This document shows, one piece after another, positions 60,215 to 64,000 of a stretch of 64,000 bases of DNA (the first letter of the stretch is position 1; every line of letters begins with the position of its first letter). The translations under genes and the position numbers were made by a program. The stretch is taken from NCBI GenBank assembly GCA_965231125.1, contig OZ246414.1, positions 643,924 to 707,923 of the forward strand, in the 5' to 3' direction. The notes beneath the pieces are model-generated. The model worked only from the letters and a program-made list of their open reading frames with translations. It was not told the DNA's origin and did not search any database. The stretch is from an uncultured Gammaproteobacteria bacterium (lineage in GTDB: Bacteria; Patescibacteriota; Microgenomatia; Woykebacterales; RBG-16-39-9b).

Positions 60215-61177
60215 TTAGGCAAGCTCGTCCTCGGCAACGCCGGCCGGCCTTTGAGGTTTCGGCTGCTCCGCCGCTTTTACTTCTGGAGCCGGTGGTGCTG
60301 TTGGTTGTGCTGCCGATTGTGGTTGTACCTTCTCTTTTACTTCAGGGCTTGCGGCGGCCACCGGAGCTATTTTTTCTTCCTCCCTTTCTTTAACTTCTTT
60401 GGTTGGCGGAGCACTTTGAACCGGAACTACCTTTTCTTCTTTACGTTCTTCCTTGGGAACCTCCACTTTCTCTACCGGAGCTTCCTTTTTTGGCGGGGCT
60501 ACTGGAGCTTTGGCTGCCTCTTCTTTTTTCTTTTCAATCACATGCTTAGGTGAAGGCTTGTGCGCAGGCTTTTTCTCTTCTTCTTTTTCTTTTGTCTCTA
60601 CCCTATCCGGCTTTTCTTCTTTAGGTTCTTCGCTTACCGCTCCTACCGAAACTTCTGGGACTGTGGGTTTTTCACGCACCGGTGGTTCCTTACCAACTGC
60701 CGCTTCTACCGCTCCCCAACCAACCTGCAAGTTTTTTGCTGGTAATATTAAAACTACTTCATCACCGACGGCAACATTAAAATGGTCGACGGCGGCAGGA
60801 AGAACTCGGTAAGAGCCCTCGGGTGTAACCGCGTGAAACTTTCCGTCTTTTTTGGTCAGAACTCCTTTAGTCTTGTAGCGTTTAACGTGTTCAAGCTGCT
60901 TAAATCTTTTTTCTTTACCTTCCTCAACTAATTTAAGGACATCGCCCACCACTAACAAACTTTTGGATGCATAATTTGCCGGTACCGGATACTTTTCGCC
61001 GGTCTCCGCTACCATACTCTCACCGTCAAAAGCACCGGTCACTCCGGGAAGAACTTTTTTCTCGACGGCTCCCCTCTCTCCTCCCTGCTCCAAATCGTTA
61101 AGAAGCTGTTTGGCGAGCCTAATGCTGCTCTCCGAGGCCGAAAGCGCCTGACGAATCAATTCAATCTGTTTGGCCAT
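60215..61177 (-). CDS. hypothetical protein with Pro/Glu/Lys-rich low-complexity C-terminal half
   Basis: ~170-aa N-terminal globular region, then ~150 aa of PEK-rich repeats (KEEKPDRVETKEKEEEKKPAHKPSPK...). Confidence 0.45.
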   Translation of the reverse strand: MAKQIELIRQALSASESSIRLAKQLLNDLEQGGERGAVEKKVLPGVTGAFDGESMVAETGEKYPVPANYASKSLLVVGDVLKLVEEGKEKRFKQLEHVKRYKTKGVLTKKDGKFHAVTPEGSYRVLPAAVDHFNVAVGDEVVLILPAKNLQVGWGAVEAAVGKEPPVREKPTVPEVSVGAVSEEPKEEKPDRVETKEKEEEKKPAHKPSPKHVIEKKKEEAAKAPVAPPKKEAPVEKVEVPKEERKEEKVVPVQSAPPTKEVKEREEEKIAPVAAASPEVKEKVQPQSAAQPTAPPAPEVKAAEQPKPQRPAGVAEDELA

Positions 61178-61224
61178 ACTTTATTACCTCCTTTTGAACT
61201 AATAACCATGAACCAAGAACCAAC

Positions 61225-63954
61225 CTACTCTTTTGGCACAGTCTCTGATGAAATAGCCGCTTCCTCTTCTTGTCTAGTCCCCTCTTGTTTGCGTTCTTGG
61301 ATAACACTTGCCGGCTCAGGAAATCTAAAAATTTCCACTTCCTCACCTTGTTTCATGTTAGGTAGTCCGGGTACATTTTCCCGAACAAATGGCTTTGGCG
61401 CGGGTGCTGCCGGTGCCGGTGTTACAGGCATCGCCGGGCCCACACTCGTCGCAACCTCGATAGGAGCCTCTCTTCGTTCACCGTCAACCGGAACTTCTTG
61501 CACTTTTACTTCTTCCTGTACCGCCCAGGGGGGAGGCAATGGCGGCGCCCCTGGCCGAAACTTCGTCTCGGTCCATTTTTTAATTACTTTTTCAATTCGT
61601 TCAACATCCTTGCCGTATTTCTGGCGCGAAAGGGCTACTGCCCTATCTCTTAGTCCAGTCGCATCTGCAAACGACGGTAAAGACCGCGCGGAAAATGGCT
61701 TCGAGGATTGATCATCCACTTGGAGTTTTAAGTACATTTCGTAACGACCAAGATTTATTATGTCGTTTTCCAAAAATACTGGCGTGAACTCTCTTTCTAA
61801 AAAGTGGGCGTCTGTCGGCCCAACTCCAAAGGATATCAACGTGCCGACGTTCCCAAAAACTGCGTCTTTAACCGTCTCCGGCATTTGTTCGATATACTGG
61901 TGAGTTATAGTAAGATCCAAACGATATTTTCGGGCCTCAGATAGAACTACTGCAAAAGAATCGGTCGCAAAATTCTGAAACTCATCAGCGTAAAGGAAAA
62001 AATCGCGCCTTTGTTCCTCGGGAATATCTACTCTGCGCATCGCCGCAAATTCAAGCTGGGAAACAATCATTGCACCGAGAAGCGAAGTGTTGTTGGATCC
62101 AATTCTACCGGTTGCCAAGTTAACAAAGAAAATCTTACCGCCGTTAATTATCTCATCAACTTTTATTGTACTTTTAGGCTGTCCAACAATATTTCTAATT
62201 AACTCAGAATTCAAAAATTGGCCGACTTTGTTTTGAATTGGGCTGATTGCCTCGGTAATAAGACGCTCATTTCCTTCCATTCTCGCAAACTCATTGTTCC
62301 AAAAAGCTTTCATTTGTGGGTCGCTAATAAGACCGACAATATATTTACGGTAATCTTTATCAGTCAAAAGTCTGGTGACGGAAAGTAGCGAGGTGTTCGG
62401 CACCTCAAGCAAAGTGAGAATACAATTCTTCAAAATATACTCAAGCCTTGGACCCCAGCTTTCCGCAAAATATTTTTTAAAGACATCGACAAGGGAATCC
62501 GCCATCAGGGTTCTTTGTTTTGGATCCACCATTTCCAACATGTTAAGAGCCACTGGGTAGTCGGCATCCGCAGGGTTAAAAATTACTACGTCGTCAAGAC
62601 GGTTTTGCGGGACGAACTCCAAGAGTTCATCGATAAGTTGGCCGTGAGGATCCAGTACCGCCACTCCTTCACCAGCGCGCATGTCTTGAATTACCATGTT
62701 TTTAATCAAGGTACTCTTCCCAGTACCCGTTTTTCCAACAATGTACATGTGCTTGCGGCGATCTGGCTTTTGAATACCAAATTTTACTTGGACATCGCGA
62801 AAGATTGTCTCCCCCACGATGTTAACATTCGTTGTTGGTAGATTTAGTGGCGGCTCCCCTTTCTTAGCCCTTGTCCAAGAAATTGTCGGCGTCTCCACAC
62901 TAATATTTGGCAAGTGGAAAATGGACGCAAGTTCCTCAATATTAAGAATATAATCTCCGGAGTGGGGTTGGGGCGGGAAAAGCCTTTTTTGATAAGCCGT
63001 TAGTAAAGTTGAGGGCTCGGCTGCCTCAAAATCCTGAACGAACCCGTTTAAACTAGCCGTCGAGAACTGTTTAAATGAAGCGACAACACTTGAAAGTTTG
63101 TGGACCGCTTCTTCTTTAGAACTTCCCAAAGCGACAATTCTAATTTTCACCTCAAAGCCCAATTTTGAAAGCTTATTTTCAATCATCTTAAGATCTAACT
63201 CTTGTCCTGCCGAAAGTTTGGGTGGCGGAGCCGGGCGCTCTGGCCCAGGTGGAGGTTGCGGCCCCCGGGCAATGTAAGGAAAAATATTAGCTCCAATTGA
63301 AACTATGTGTTTTCCAACATCGACCATTATATCTTGGGGTTGAATGCTAATTGGAGAAAGACCATCTCGAACCATCTTCACGTAGTCATGGCCTCGCTCT
63401 TGCCAAAAATCGTCAACTGGTCGAATAAGGTATTGGATCCAAGCTTGCTCAATTGGTTTTTGCGTGGCCAGAGCACTAGTTATAGCGGACAATGGGTCTA
63501 CCTCAAAGTCCCGAAAAGTTTTAATTGGAAATGTAAAATCTTTGGCCAAGTCCAGTTCTGTAGCGGCAACGTTCGCCTGCGACCCAACACTTTTGGTGTA
63601 GTCAATTGCTTCTCTTATCTCCGCGTCCGGATATTGGGCGTAGATTTGGGATTCAACAAAATTTTTAAAGGTAACTGGCGTATAAACGTAAAAGCGCACT
63701 CCTTCTATGGAGGAGGCCATTTCCAGGGAAAAATGTTCTTGGGCACCGGGAGTAAAACGCAGTAGCCCGTGCAAGGAGGCAAACATTTGTTCAGCGGCTA
63801 TGGGGAGACGTTCGTTTTCACGTGGGAGTTGGATAGAAAGAAGAATTCCTTCTTCAATGTCGGATTTTTTTATACCAAGCTCACTTTTGCGTGCTTCTCT
63901 CCAAGCCCACAAAAACGAGATAAAAACGGCGATTGCTATTAAAAATATAAACAT
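61225..63954 (-). CDS. membrane-anchored P-loop NTPase, TraD/TraG/VirD4 (type IV coupling protein)-like or HerA/DUF87-like
   Basis: N-terminal TM (FIFLIAIAVFISFLWAW), ~380-aa domain, Walker A MYIVGKTGTGKSTL followed by VLDPHGQL, Walker B FFLYADEFQNF, and a Pro-rich C-terminal tail. 909 aa. Confidence 0.55.
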   Translation of the reverse strand: MFIFLIAIAVFISFLWAWREARKSELGIKKSDIEEGILLSIQLPRENERLPIAAEQMFASLHGLLRFTPGAQEHFSLEMASSIEGVRFYVYTPVTFKNFVESQIYAQYPDAEIREAIDYTKSVGSQANVAATELDLAKDFTFPIKTFRDFEVDPLSAITSALATQKPIEQAWIQYLIRPVDDFWQERGHDYVKMVRDGLSPISIQPQDIMVDVGKHIVSIGANIFPYIARGPQPPPGPERPAPPPKLSAGQELDLKMIENKLSKLGFEVKIRIVALGSSKEEAVHKLSSVVASFKQFSTASLNGFVQDFEAAEPSTLLTAYQKRLFPPQPHSGDYILNIEELASIFHLPNISVETPTISWTRAKKGEPPLNLPTTNVNIVGETIFRDVQVKFGIQKPDRRKHMYIVGKTGTGKSTLIKNMVIQDMRAGEGVAVLDPHGQLIDELLEFVPQNRLDDVVIFNPADADYPVALNMLEMVDPKQRTLMADSLVDVFKKYFAESWGPRLEYILKNCILTLLEVPNTSLLSVTRLLTDKDYRKYIVGLISDPQMKAFWNNEFARMEGNERLITEAISPIQNKVGQFLNSELIRNIVGQPKSTIKVDEIINGGKIFFVNLATGRIGSNNTSLLGAMIVSQLEFAAMRRVDIPEEQRRDFFLYADEFQNFATDSFAVVLSEARKYRLDLTITHQYIEQMPETVKDAVFGNVGTLISFGVGPTDAHFLEREFTPVFLENDIINLGRYEMYLKLQVDDQSSKPFSARSLPSFADATGLRDRAVALSRQKYGKDVERIEKVIKKWTETKFRPGAPPLPPPWAVQEEVKVQEVPVDGERREAPIEVATSVGPAMPVTPAPAAPAPKPFVRENVPGLPNMKQGEEVEIFRFPEPASVIQERKQEGTRQEEEAAISSETVPKE

Positions 63955-64000
63955 TTATGTATTTTTAGCCCATTTTGCCTGCGGGACTAGACCTCCCTTT

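Noticed and set aside
60251-61711. Plus-strand ORFs of 100-167 aa overlapping the PEK-rich gene and the large ATPase
   Set aside because: Antisense to biased-composition coding regions; Phe/Leu/Arg-rich nonsense translations.

Overview
This is a 64-kb window of a small-genome, moderately AT-rich bacterial chromosome. I found no rRNA, tRNA or CRISPR array by eye. The gene content suggests a Patescibacteria/CPR-like organism with a Gram-positive-type envelope, possibly Saccharibacteria-like, but that is inference only. Main contents, left to right:

- **Type IV pilus locus (1-7461, minus strand):** pilB, pilT, pilC, a pilin-like gene, pilD and four tandem pilin genes.
- **Replication/recombination genes:** a holB-like gene, gyrB (with an internal tandem-duplication insertion) and gyrA. 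These are split by a promoter, a small ORF, a GC-rich ~420-nt candidate structured RNA and a HAD hydrolase.
- **GC-rich segment (~15.8-18.9 kb):** glyA is followed by two small unknown ORFs, an XerD-like recombinase, a tiny membrane protein and an Arg-rich 317-aa unknown protein.
- **Assorted enzymes:** an HD hydrolase, dinB, a GC-rich stand-alone beta-ketoacyl-ACP synthase behind a structured leader, a secreted SNase, and a DUF192 protein.
- **Long plus-strand housekeeping/accessory block (24-49 kb):**
  - The first part holds YjbQ, a frameshifted SGNH hydrolase, a PduO adenosyltransferase, CapA, a ROK kinase, CutA and a patatin.
  - A copper ATPase with a CPD motif follows, then RibD_C, GNAT, a CAP-domain protein, PNPOx, an SDR and a truncated TetR-like gene.
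  - The block ends with a histidine phosphatase, thrB, a convergent PCD gene, a GT4 transferase and a membrane-anchored ClpA/C-like unfoldase.
- **Most unusual locus (49.6-53.9 kb):** three adjacent secreted proteins are built from a shared Asn/Asp/Gly-rich repeat. The first gene carries four near-identical ~260-bp tandem DNA repeats. The last gene ends in an LPNTG sortase signal, and a promoter plus a terminator-like leader hairpin sit upstream.
- **Right end:** a degraded AT-rich gene-poor stretch, ruvC-yebC, a Phd/YefM-RelE toxin-antitoxin pair, and a minus-strand operon ending in a 909-aa membrane-anchored VirD4/TraD-like P-loop ATPase.

Coordinates of promoters, terminators and start-codon refinements were read by eye and may be off by a few nt.
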